This document shows, piece by piece, positions 10,242 through 19,011 of a DNA stretch of 63,940 bases; position 1 is the stretch's first letter, and each line of letters starts with the position of its first letter. Source of the DNA: an uncultured Planctomycetia bacterium (GTDB lineage Bacteria; Planctomycetota; UBA8108); NCBI GenBank assembly GCA_964392615.1, contig CAYMRB010000003.1, forward strand, positions 1 to 63,940, given 5' to 3'. Made by a program: the position numbers and the translations under genes. The notes under the pieces were generated by a model. That model had not been told where the DNA came from. It did no database searches and was given only the letters and a program-made list of their open reading frames with translations.

Positions 10242-13200
10242 TCACAGCGCGGCGAGTCGCGCATCACGCGTGCCGGAGTTGATCTCGGCGCTGCTGCCGA
10301 GCGCTTGGCGAACGGCAGCGGAGCACGCATCCAGGATGTTCGCGGCGCTCTCGGCGACCGCGGGAACTCGCACGATGGCGGCGAACGCGAAGCCGACGGT
10401 GTCGAGATCGCCCTCCGACAGGAGCTCTCGGACGACGCCCGCGGGGAAACTCCGCAGCTCGCGACGGCCGACGCCCGAGCGGCGCACGCCCTTCTCCCAG
10501 AGCTTCGTCGCGTGTTCGAGAGCCGCGAACGCACGGTCGCGATCCGAGCCGACGACCGGCCGTAGCGCGTCGGCGACGTACTCCGGGAAGTCGTATGTCT
10601 CGACGTCCAGATCGCGCAGCCGCTCGGTCTTCTCCAGGCGTGTGAGGGCGGACTCGGTCTCGCCCGACAGGGTGCGCTTCGTCCACTCGAGCGCCGCGCG
10701 CGCGGCGTCGCTGAGCTTCGCGCTTTGACGGCTCGCGCGGGCCTGTCGAGCGGAGCTCGACAGGCCCGCTACGAATCGCGCGATTCTCTCGCGATGTTCC
10801 GGCGGCAGTGCGTCGATTCGGTCGCTCCAGCCGGCGATGTACTCGAGATGCGCGTTGGGCATGTCGTCCCCGAGAAGCGCGACGACCAAGCCCTGTCCGA
10901 ACGTCTTCTGCTCGCGCGCGGCGAGCGCCTTGCGGACCGCCGAACGCGACGCCGCGTGCTTTTCCGGGCGCTGGGCCAGCCAGGCGACGATCGTCCCGAG
11001 CACGGATTCGTCATCGCCGAGATCTTGCGCGTACGTTCGGAACTCGTCGAGGGGGCCGAGGAGCGGCGATTCCTCCAAGAAGGCGACGACCTCTTCGACG
11101 GTGTCGAGCGAGTGGATCCGCACAGTCAGAGAGCTCGACACCTCCCAGCGGTATTGCCTCTCCTTCGCGCCGAGTGCATCGAGCGAGTCCAGGGCCGGGA
11201 ACGTGAGTCCGGTCTCGCGGATGCACATGACCAGGAAGGCGAAGTAGGCCTGGATGCGCGCGTTGATGCTTCCGCTGCTGAAGGACGACGAATCGAGGTG
11301 TTTCGCGACGAGCTCGGCGCGGTACTCGTGGGGGGGCGCGCCGCGCGCGGCCCGCTCCTCGGGCGGCCCGATCCACAGTGCGGCGAGCTTCTCGAGGAAG
11401 GCCGCGGCGGCCTCCGTACCGCCGTCGGCAGCGCGCATGCGAGCCCACTCGGCGAGGAACCGCGGCGACTGTCGTCCGAACATCACCGTGCTACCGGCCT
11501 TCTTCGCTCGCTCGAGCACCCAGGGCTCGAGGTCGATTTCGAGCGCGCGAAGCGACCAGATGCCGATGACTTTCGAGACGGGCGCGTCCACGGCGATCGG
11601 TATCCGTTGCCGCTTGTCCGCGCGTTTCAGGTGCCGCTTCGCCGTCTCGATGAAATCCTCGGGCGCGCAGCGGTGGAGGTCGACCTCGGCGCGCAGCTCC
11701 TCGAGACAGGCCTTGTTCTTCGCGGTCTCGAGGGCCGGCAGGAGCTCGTTCTCGATCGTGGCGAAGTCCTGCGCCTTCCACGCGCGTCGCACGAGGAACT
11801 CGGCCGCGCTCAGACGCTCGACCAGCTCGACGCGGGGGCCTCCGTATCCGAAGTCCATGGCGTTGATCATCGCGTTGATATTCGGCGCACTCGGAGCGCG
11901 CGCCGATTCGGCGAGAAGGACCCTCTGCGCGATGCCGGCGAGCTCGTCGTCGGAGGGGCCCTCACCGCCGGCCCGCGTCGCCGAGAGCAGCCGCCAGAAT
12001 CCTTCGCCCGCCACCTGCGGAATCGTCAGCGCCCGGCGACATACCAGGCCGTGCAGTCGTCGTCGCTCGGCGTCGATCTTCGCGACGCGGGCATCGGGTT
12101 TCCGCGCCGACGAGTCGTCCTCGGACGCCGGCTTCGTGTCGGGCTTCGCGGGACGAGGCTTCGCGTAGAGGTGGGGCAGCCTGTCCTCCTCGTCGTCGAA
12201 GCCGCTCATGTCTTCGAGGTTCCCCGATGCGAGCAAGTCCAGAACCTCGCCGACCCACGACAGGTCGGCGTCCTCGGGCGGGCCGAGCCCGAGGTAGCGT
12301 TCGGCGGTCTCGATGAGACGAAGCACCCGCTCGTGGTCGGCATGCTCGACGTAGCCCAGCTTTTCCTCGATCGCCAGGCTGACGAGTCCGTGGTCGCGCT
12401 TGCGGATCGATCCGAGAAGCTGTGCGGCAGCGTCCGGGTCTTCGCTCGCGACGAGCAGCGCGAGGCGCACCCTGACGATCGACTCGTTCGGGCGCATCTC
12501 GAGCGCGCGTTCGTACGACGTGCGTGCGCGATCATCGTACCGGAGCATCTCGCATACGCGGCCGAACTGAGCGAGCTTGCGGGGCGTCGCGCTCTCGCCG
12601 GGATCGATCGCCTCGAGCACCTTCTCCGCGAGGTTCCGAGAGACGATGAAGTCGGCAAGCGTATTGTCGTCGACGTTTCCGAGCGCGACACCGGAGCGGG
12701 GGGCGTTCGCTGCGCGCGCCATGCTCTCGAGCTCTCGTGCCGCGGTTCTCACCGCCGCGTCGGTCTTGCCCTCGTCGATCTGCTCGATGAGTCGTTGGTA
12801 CTGCCGGCCACCACCGTAGACGCCCGCTGCAGTGATCGACGATGTCGACGCGGCAGCCGGCCCCCGCCTCTTCTCGAACGTCTCGGCCTCCTTGTCGAGG
12901 CCGAGCTCCTCGAGCGCGCTCAGGAGCGTCTCGCGCTCCTCGCCGCCGAGTGTTGCGCGGCGCAACCGCAGAGCCGCCTTGCGCCCCGCGTCGAGAATCG
13001 TCTCGCTGTCACGATGATCGAGCGCCCACGCGACCAACGCGCCGTCGATGGCTCGGCGCGTCTGTGCGGTCATCGGCAGGTACGACGCCTTCGTCAGGAG
13101 CGTCGTCGCCTCCTCGTGTCGGTCGAGGCTCGCCGCTCGACCGGCCGCGAAAAGGAAAGCGTCGATCGATGGCTGCTTCGAGGCGAGCAGCGCGTCGATG

Positions 13201-16200
13201 TTCGCCTGAACCTCGTCGTCCAGTTCAGCGGCGTGGGCCAAGAGGATCCGGAGCTCCCGATCGCGGACCGTGTCCAGTACTCCGGCCACGGCATCGGATT
13301 CGAAACGGATCTGGTCGCCGAACGGATTGCGCTCGGCCCCCAGCAGCGCAGCGACTTGTTGCGGAAAGCCCGGCAGAACCCGCGGCGGGAATCCCAGGGG
13401 CGCGACGAGGCCGCCCGACGACCTCGGTCCGAAGAGCATCGCCTGCGCGTTCGGAGCGGCGCGCTGGCCGCTACGGCGCCACTTGTCGACTTCGTCGTCG
13501 AGGAAGCGCACGAACGCCGACGGGTGCCCGTCGCCCTCGCCCGCGAGAGCCGCCGCGACGACGAAGAAGATCCAGCCGCCCACCTGCTGTGAGACGGTCG
13601 ACTTCGGGTACCACGCGAGGAGCAAGCTCTTCAGACGGCCGCGGAGCTCTTCCGACAGCTCGGCGGCCGATGGCTGGAACCCTCCGATGCCGAGGAGGCC
13701 GCTGAGCCCCATCGTCGTGAAGTAGCTCGGGCGCTCGATGCGATCCGTGAGCTCGAGCGCGCCTTCGAGCACGGGGACGCCCTCCTCGCCCGCCCGGGCT
13801 GCCGCGAACGCCGCGAGGAGCGCGAGCTGCGGCCGCGACTCCCTGAACACCTCGTAGGCCTTTTTCGCCTGCTCGACCTCGACTCCGTCCGCCTCCCACA
13901 TGTGGTTCAGCGTCCACAGCGCGATCACGCTCTCGTTGTCCGGGTGCTGCTCGAGCAGATCGTCGACAGCGGACGTCATCTCCTGCTCGCTCGACGCGCT
14001 CGCCAGGAGCAGGTCGACGTCGACGCCGCGCTCGGCGAGCTCTCGTCGCAACGCTCTCCGATCATCGTCGTCCAGATCGCTCGCGATCGTGATCAGGTGT
14101 GCGAGTGCGAAGCCGCGGACTTGCTCGATCGCGGCCGGCATCGGGATCGCGGCCTGCCGGCGCGATGAGCCTGCGCTCGGCCAGGAGATTCCTTGGCCGC
14201 GCGCGCGATAGCTGTACACGTAGGTACGCAGCCACGAGAGCTCCATCCACTCGACGGCGGCGGGCGGCACGAGCGCGCGGAATTCTTCGATGTAGCCCGT
14301 CCAGGGCATGGGGACGGCGCCGCCCGGAGCCCGGCCCGGGATCTCCCGGTCGCTTTCGAGGACGCGCAGGAAGACGGAGGCCGCGGCCGCCTCGCGCTCC
14401 TCTTCTTCGAGCGCGACGGCGTGGAGGAAGAGCAGGCGGTAGTCGTCGGGATGGCGCTCGACATGCTCGTCGAGGAAGGCCACGGCGCGCGACCAATCGC
14501 CCGCGCCGAGCATCGTGTCGGCGACGCTCTCGATCGCGCGAGGATCGCTGGACGCTCCGCCGGCGAGCTCGAGGAGGATGCGGTAGCCCTCGTCTTCGTC
14601 GCCGATCGACAGGTGAATCCGCGCCATCCGCTGGCGCGTGCGGTCGCTCGGGTCGAGAGGGAGAGCGCGGCGCAGCGTCGACAGCGCCCGCTCCGGCTCG
14701 TCCTCGGCCTCCTCGATGCGGGCGATCTCGTGCAGGAGCGACACGTCGCTCGACTTGATCCGCGAGGCCTCGAGCAACGCGTTGCGTCGATTCTCGTAGT
14801 CGCCAGCGATGCGGTGGACCTCCGCGAGAGCGAGAAGCGGCAGTATCGACGTGCGGTTCGTTCGCCGGCGTTCCTCGAAGCGCTCGATGAGCTGGGCCGT
14901 CCTGCCTTGAGATTCCGCGCTCTCCGCGAGGGCTCCGACCCAACGCAGGCGGCTGGACAGGTCCTTGCCCTCCTCGTAGAGCCGCCAGTAGATTCGTTCC
15001 GCGTCGACCGGCGACCCTCCGTCCGTGTATCGCTGTGCGAGCTTGCCGAGGATCAGCTCGTTGCCTTCGAACTGCTGGTGGGCGACGCGCAGCACGTCGG
15101 TGGCTTGGCGCTGCCGGCCCGCCAGAGCGAGGAGGCGAGATTCCGTCAGCCACGGGTCGACGCTTCCCGGCGACAGCCGCTTCCAATCGGGGATCGCCGC
15201 GAGCGCGGCGTCGAGCTCCCACGCGCGTTCGTGGAACTCGACGACCTTGCGAACATGGACCGACTTCCGTCCGCCGGGAAGCCGAACCAGGCGCTCCGCG
15301 GCCCGAGCCGCGCTCGTCCAGTCGCCCCTACGTCTGTGGAGTCGGATCTCTTGGCTGGTCGCGAGGACGGCGTCGCCTTCGGGAACCGCGGTCAGGGCCT
15401 TCTCGGCCGCGACGGGATCGCCGCCGCGCTCGAGGAGCTCGGCCAGCAGACAGGTCTCCTGGACGGTGAGGTCACCCCGTCTCTTCTGCAGCTCGGCGAG
15501 TACCTTCGTATCCTCACCCGCTTCGGCCGCGATCGTCGCGGCCCGCGCGACCGCGCGGTCGAGCTCGGAGGGCACGTTCGCGAGGCGCAGTGATGCGCGT
15601 GCCCATGGTATGGCCGCGTCGAACTCGCGAACGTGCATCGCGAGCGAGCACAGTTCCGAGAGGAATAGTCGGTCGGTGGAGAAATCGTCGATCCGTTCGC
15701 GCAGGAGATCGAATGCGCCGCGATGCTCGTCGCGTGTCGTCATCGCTCGCGCGATCCGCAGCAGCCGCGATCGGTCCGCGTCTTGCGCCTGAGCGCGCCA
15801 GATCGCGAGGGCCTGCTCTCTGCGGTCGATGCGATGCAAGAACGCGGCATGAGCCTCTTGCGCAGAGGCGCTCTCCGGAAACGCCTTCGTCAGCGCAGCG
15901 TACGTGCGCTCGGTTTCCTCCGACAAACGGTACGCTTCGAACAGCCGTGCGATGCGAAGGTACGCGCGCTCCGACTTGTCCGAGCGCTCGAGGTAGTTCG
16001 ATAGCGCGCTCGACGCGGAGGTCGCGTCGCCGCGGGCATTGTGTAGCGCGGCGAGGCGAAGCAGCAGGTCGACGTCGTCGGGGTATTGTTCGGCCAACGC
16101 TGTGAGTTGCTCGATCGCCTCGTCGCCCTTCTCGATTCGTGCGAGAAGATCAACGTAGGCGAGGCGATTCGCCCGGTCGCCCGGCGTCAGGCGGAGGATC

Positions 16201-17165
16201 GTGCGGAACGCCTCGAGCGCAGCGTCGCTCCTGTCGATCTCGGCGAGCAAGATGGCGTGCTGGCGGCACAGCGCCAGACGTTTCGGCTCCTTTTCGCGCG
16301 CGGCCTTCCAGAACTCGCTGAGCCCTTCGAGGTCGTCCTCGCGACGGAAGACGCGGTCGATCTGGGCCAGGATCTCGCCTTCGATCCAGGTGCCGTGACC
16401 GACCTTCTCGAGCGCCTGCGCATAGGTCGCGACCGCCTTCTTGCGCTGTCCCGCGCGTTGGTGGATGTCGCCGATGCGCATGCGACGAAGCACCGCCCTG
16501 TACGGATCGTCGGTCCGTTCGAGAAGCGCGGTCGCCGTCGTGAGAGCCTGCGCGTGAAGGCCCTCATCGAGCTGCAGCTCGACGACATCCTCGTAGAGGT
16601 CCTCGTCGTCGGAGTGAGAGGCGAGCAGGGCCGTCCAGACTTCCAGCGCCTTCTGCGGCTGCGTGTTTCGCGCGTAGAGACGCCCCTGCAGCTTCGCGAT
16701 GCGGATCGCGAGCTTCGCGTCCGGCTTCGCGTCGCGGGCGTGGTCGAGGTCCGCGAGTGCAGTGTCGAAGTCGAGACTGCGGGCTTCGACTTCGGCCTTG
16801 CGAAACCACACCTCCGCGTTGGCCGGGTCGCCCGCGAGCGCGGCGCGGAATTCCTCGAGAGCTCGGACGCTGTCGCCGTGCTTCGCGTGGAGAAACGCGA
16901 GGAGCAGGCGGTTCGCGACCGAAGGCTGTGCCTCGACGCGCGAGCTCAGGAATGACTCGAGCCCTTCAACGGTCCCGGTGTCGAGGAAGGCGTCGTAGAA
17001 GCGATCGAACAGATAGCCGGGGTTCGGACGTTTCTCGAGCGCGGCGTGGTACCGCTGCGCCCTGGCGTTCGGCTCCTCGCTGTGCCCGGGCGACGACAGC
17101 ATGAGCGCTGTCATGACCGTGAGACAGAACACGGACATGGACGTCGTAAACCCACTACCAGCCAT
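10242..17165 (-). CDS. Giant TPR/helical-repeat protein (2307 aa), first gene of the MoxR-vWA operon
   Basis: AGGAG (17173-17177) lies 7 nt upstream of ATG 17163-17165. Hydrophobic signal-like N-terminus (MSVFCLTVMTALMLSSPGHS). Many TPR-type repeats over at least the first ~900 aa; the rest is helical. Alternative start at ATG 17138. Confidence 0.75.
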   Translation of the reverse strand: MAGSGFTTSMSVFCLTVMTALMLSSPGHSEEPNARAQRYHAALEKRPNPGYLFDRFYDAFLDTGTVEGLESFLSSRVEAQPSVANRLLLAFLHAKHGDSVRALEEFRAALAGDPANAEVWFRKAEVEARSLDFDTALADLDHARDAKPDAKLAIRIAKLQGRLYARNTQPQKALEVWTALLASHSDDEDLYEDVVELQLDEGLHAQALTTATALLERTDDPYRAVLRRMRIGDIHQRAGQRKKAVATYAQALEKVGHGTWIEGEILAQIDRVFRREDDLEGLSEFWKAAREKEPKRLALCRQHAILLAEIDRSDAALEAFRTILRLTPGDRANRLAYVDLLARIEKGDEAIEQLTALAEQYPDDVDLLLRLAALHNARGDATSASSALSNYLERSDKSERAYLRIARLFEAYRLSEETERTYAALTKAFPESASAQEAHAAFLHRIDRREQALAIWRAQAQDADRSRLLRIARAMTTRDEHRGAFDLLRERIDDFSTDRLFLSELCSLAMHVREFDAAIPWARASLRLANVPSELDRAVARAATIAAEAGEDTKVLAELQKRRGDLTVQETCLLAELLERGGDPVAAEKALTAVPEGDAVLATSQEIRLHRRRGDWTSAARAAERLVRLPGGRKSVHVRKVVEFHERAWELDAALAAIPDWKRLSPGSVDPWLTESRLLALAGRQRQATDVLRVAHQQFEGNELILGKLAQRYTDGGSPVDAERIYWRLYEEGKDLSSRLRWVGALAESAESQGRTAQLIERFEERRRTNRTSILPLLALAEVHRIAGDYENRRNALLEASRIKSSDVSLLHEIARIEEAEDEPERALSTLRRALPLDPSDRTRQRMARIHLSIGDEDEGYRILLELAGGASSDPRAIESVADTMLGAGDWSRAVAFLDEHVERHPDDYRLLFLHAVALEEEEREAAAASVFLRVLESDREIPGRAPGGAVPMPWTGYIEEFRALVPPAAVEWMELSWLRTYVYSYRARGQGISWPSAGSSRRQAAIPMPAAIEQVRGFALAHLITIASDLDDDDRRALRRELAERGVDVDLLLASASSEQEMTSAVDDLLEQHPDNESVIALWTLNHMWEADGVEVEQAKKAYEVFRESRPQLALLAAFAAARAGEEGVPVLEGALELTDRIERPSYFTTMGLSGLLGIGGFQPSAAELSEELRGRLKSLLLAWYPKSTVSQQVGGWIFFVVAAALAGEGDGHPSAFVRFLDDEVDKWRRSGQRAAPNAQAMLFGPRSSGGLVAPLGFPPRVLPGFPQQVAALLGAERNPFGDQIRFESDAVAGVLDTVRDRELRILLAHAAELDDEVQANIDALLASKQPSIDAFLFAAGRAASLDRHEEATTLLTKASYLPMTAQTRRAIDGALVAWALDHRDSETILDAGRKAALRLRRATLGGEERETLLSALEELGLDKEAETFEKRRGPAAASTSSITAAGVYGGGRQYQRLIEQIDEGKTDAAVRTAARELESMARAANAPRSGVALGNVDDNTLADFIVSRNLAEKVLEAIDPGESATPRKLAQFGRVCEMLRYDDRARTSYERALEMRPNESIVRVRLALLVASEDPDAAAQLLGSIRKRDHGLVSLAIEEKLGYVEHADHERVLRLIETAERYLGLGPPEDADLSWVGEVLDLLASGNLEDMSGFDDEEDRLPHLYAKPRPAKPDTKPASEDDSSARKPDARVAKIDAERRRLHGLVCRRALTIPQVAGEGFWRLLSATRAGGEGPSDDELAGIAQRVLLAESARAPSAPNINAMINAMDFGYGGPRVELVERLSAAEFLVRRAWKAQDFATIENELLPALETAKNKACLEELRAEVDLHRCAPEDFIETAKRHLKRADKRQRIPIAVDAPVSKVIGIWSLRALEIDLEPWVLERAKKAGSTVMFGRQSPRFLAEWARMRAADGGTEAAAAFLEKLAALWIGPPEERAARGAPPHEYRAELVAKHLDSSSFSSGSINARIQAYFAFLVMCIRETGLTFPALDSLDALGAKERQYRWEVSSSLTVRIHSLDTVEEVVAFLEESPLLGPLDEFRTYAQDLGDDESVLGTIVAWLAQRPEKHAASRSAVRKALAAREQKTFGQGLVVALLGDDMPNAHLEYIAGWSDRIDALPPEHRERIARFVAGLSSSARQARASRQSAKLSDAARAALEWTKRTLSGETESALTRLEKTERLRDLDVETYDFPEYVADALRPVVGSDRDRAFAALEHATKLWEKGVRRSGVGRRELRSFPAGVVRELLSEGDLDTVGFAFAAIVRVPAVAESAANILDACSAAVRQALGSSAEINSGTRDARLAAL

Positions 17166-17352
17166 CGTATCGCTCCTACAGACGGCTCGGCGCCGTCATG
17201 ATCGTCGGGTTTCTGAGAACTGCTACGGCGGAAGGCCCCTTCGAGAGTGCTCCTGAGGGCGGCTCTCCATCTCTCTCCGAACGGCCCTCAGCATATCATC
17301 GTACCCGGCGCGCGTGGAACGGTTTCCTGCGCGCTGCCCGGCGGGGCGGCGG

Positions 17353-17826
17353 TCAGCAGCCCACCTCGCAACTCAGCGCGTCGATAGCTGGATCCGCGCC
17401 GCAACGTAACGGGCCCGGCGCGGCTGGCGGCGGGCCACCGAGGAACAGGTGGGTGAGGAGCCCGATGGCATCGGTCAAGAGGATCACGCCGTCGTCGTCG
17501 ACGTCCGCCGCGTCGAGACACGGAGGCTCCGGATTTCCGAGGAACAGGAAGCCGAGGATCCCCACGGCGTCGCTCACGTCGATCCGTCCGTCGTCGTTTG
17601 TCTCACCGCGCCGGAACGCCACGAGGTCAGCGTTGACGACGATTGTTCCATCGTACAGTTCGAGCGCGTTGGGCGAATCTGTCCGGAAGCGCTAGCCCGA
17701 CACGATGAATCGACGACACGGATGCGCTCCTCATCGAAGTCGAGAGAGAAGGCAAACCCGCGAACGTAGCCCGTCGATCGAATCGTCAGCGGAATCTCGG
17801 CGACGCCTCCAGGGTCACGTCGACCC
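17353..17826 (-). pseudogene. Relic of a cohesin-like + dockerin-like secreted protein (5'-truncated, frame-broken)
   Basis: The minus strand reads GGVAEIPLTIRSTGYVRGFAFSLDFDEERIRVVDSS (cohesin-like start). A frame break or in-frame TAG follows (17692-17694). It then reads LELYDGTIVVNADLVAFRRGETNDDGRIDVSD... to the stop at 17353. There is no N-terminus or signal peptide; the upstream sequence is element copy A. Confidence 0.6.
17356..17607 (-). other. Dockerin-like C-terminal module, copy P1 (in the relic)
   Basis: GETNDDGRIDVSDAVGILGFLFLGNPEPPCLDAADVDDDGVILLTDAIGLLTHLFLGGPPPAAPGPLRCGADPAIDALSCEVGC. It has two EF-hand-like DxDxDG loops and conserved Cys residues. Confidence 0.7.
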
Positions 17827-17829
17827 GCC

Positions 17830-17860
17830 CCGTGACATCGCGGCCGCGCTCGGGCAGGAT
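17830..17860 (+). promoter_or_regulatory. Conserved 31-nt element copy A (GTGACA-N17-CAGGAT; putative promoter/operator)
   Basis: CCGTGACATCGCGGCCGCGCTCGGGCAGGAT. GTGACA at 17832-17837, 17-nt spacer, CAGGAT at 17855-17860. It lies 155 nt upstream of the tatD ATG. Its presence is certain; its function is inferred. Confidence 0.5.
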
Positions 17861-18015
17861 CGGGAACAGCGGCGATGGGCGCCGGTGGCGCCTTCGGTAG
17901 GCGGCGACGTAGCGCCGCGACGTGAACTTCGTTCCAGGTTCCGTGAAGCGTCTTGCAGTAGAGCACTACCGCGCGGCGGTGGCACGGCCGACTATCGCTG
18001 AGGCCCCAGACGAAC

Positions 18016-18801
18016 ATGTTGATCGACATCGGCTGCAATCTGACGAACCGGCGTTTCCGCCATGACTGGTCCGAAGTGGTCGACCGCGCGGCCTTGGCCG
18101 GCGTGAGCCAGATCATCGTCACCGGCACGAGCGTCGCGGCCAGCAAGGCGGCAGCCGACCTGGCTGCAGAACTTCCCGACACCCTTCACGCGACGGCCGG
18201 TGTCCACCCGCATGACGCGAAGGCTTTCGACGATGAGACGCTCCCGGCGCTCAGGCGACTCGCGCGGCGGGAGGAGGTTGTTGCTATCGGGGAATGCGGC
18301 CTCGACCACAATCGCGACTTTTCCCCGCGACCCGACCAGGCTCGGTGCTTCGATGCGCAGCTCGAGCTGGCGAGCGCGCTGAGCATGCCGGTCTTTCTGC
18401 ACGAGCGAGACGCCCACGAGGCCTTCGTCGAGATCCTCGCGCCGCGCCTCGGTGCCCTGCCGGCGGCGGTCGTGCATTGCTTCACTGGCACGCTCGACGA
18501 GTTGCGGGCTTATCTGGACCTGGGTCTCTACATCGGGATCACGGGCTGGATCTGCGACGAACGGCGCGGTCTCGCGCTGAGAGAAGCCGTGCGCTTCATT
18601 CCGCTCGATCGAGTGCTCGCCGAGACCGACGCTCCCTTCCTGTCTCCCCGAGATCTGCGCCCCAAGCCGAAGGGCAACCGGAACGAGCCGGCGTTTCTAC
18701 CTCATATCGTGTCCGCGCTTGCCGAGTGCATGAAGATCGACGTCGACGAGCTGGCTCAGGCGACGGCCGAGAACAGCCGGCGTTGCTTCGGGATCCCATG
18801 A
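18016..18801 (+). CDS. tatD: TatD-family metal-dependent hydrolase/DNase
   Basis: 261 aa. The N-terminus MLIDIGCNLTNRRFRHDW...IIVTGTS...ATAGVHPHDAKAF is collinear with E. coli TatD (MFDIGVNLTSSQF...TAGVHPHD). The HxH-type metal ligands and an E/H/D pattern are present. Confidence 0.9.
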   Translation: MLIDIGCNLTNRRFRHDWSEVVDRAALAGVSQIIVTGTSVAASKAAADLAAELPDTLHATAGVHPHDAKAFDDETLPALRRLARREEVVAIGECGLDHNRDFSPRPDQARCFDAQLELASALSMPVFLHERDAHEAFVEILAPRLGALPAAVVHCFTGTLDELRAYLDLGLYIGITGWICDERRGLALREAVRFIPLDRVLAETDAPFLSPRDLRPKPKGNRNEPAFLPHIVSALAECMKIDVDELAQATAENSRRCFGIP

Positions 18802-18833
18802 GAGCTAGCGTCCTGTGCGGTGGGAGTCGCAGG

Positions 18834-18933
18834 GCCGCAACAGCCGCCTCAGCGCTGGCGATACGATTCGGCTCGCATCGCATCTATAGCATTCGACCTA
18901 CCCCGTGACATCGCGGCCGCGGTCGGGCAGGAT
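18834..18933 (+). repeat. 100-nt extended repeat containing element copy B
   Basis: A 57-nt block, GCCGCAACAGCCGCCTCAGCGCTGGCGATACGATTCGGCTCGCATCGCATCTATAGCA, is identical to 20346-20402. A 9-nt variable patch follows, then the core CCCCGTGACATCGCGGCCGCGGTCGGGCAGGAT (GTGACA 18905-18910, CAGGAT 18928-18933). The repeat starts 33 nt after the tatD stop and ends 78 nt before ATG 19012. Confidence 0.9.
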
Positions 18934-19011
18934 GAGAGCGTCGCACGGGCAGCGCTGCGCGGGCAGCTCGAGGGCGGCGAAGCTGGTTATGGTTTGCAAG
19001 GGCTCTTGTCC

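Noticed and set aside
10725-13592. Very long antisense or shadow ORFs opposite the real genes. Examples: 10725..13592 (+, 955 aa), 721..1911 (+), 37825..38853 (+), 43929..45557 (+) and 62285..63808 (-, 507 aa).
   Set aside because: Their translations are Arg/Ala/Pro/Gly-rich and low-complexity with no motifs. They lie opposite ORFs that have clear domain signatures and proper starts. Stop-codon scarcity in high-GC DNA produces such ORFs routinely. The 62285..63808 ORF is antisense to the well-supported FGE-domain gene.
17830-17860. Reading the element as an intrinsic terminator or REP hairpin: CCCG..AC..CGC-GGCC-GCG..GT..CGGG can fold into an interrupted GC-rich stem.
   Set aside because: The stem is interrupted by bulges and the central palindrome leaves only a 4-nt loop with 3 bp. 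No U-tract follows on either strand. All copies share one orientation, unlike typical REP/BIME clusters. A structural role is not excluded, but it is less parsimonious than a promoter/operator role.
17574-18182. The 202-aa minus-strand ORF spanning the dockerin relic, element copy A and the 5' end of tatD.
   Set aside because: It is a chimera. Its C-terminal third is the out-of-frame cohesin-like relic, its middle translates the element (RARPRCHG), and its N-terminal part is antisense to the well-supported tatD gene.
18834-18912. Small minus-strand peptide encoded by the reverse complement of the element and the 57-nt block: ATGTCACGGGG... giving MSRGRSNAIDAMRAESYRQR, with a near-identical peptide from copy C.
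   Set aside because: No Shine-Dalgarno site precedes the ATG. In copy C the ATG is GTG. In copy A the same frame stops after 7 codons. The other copies lack the 57-nt block altogether, so conservation is better explained at the DNA level.
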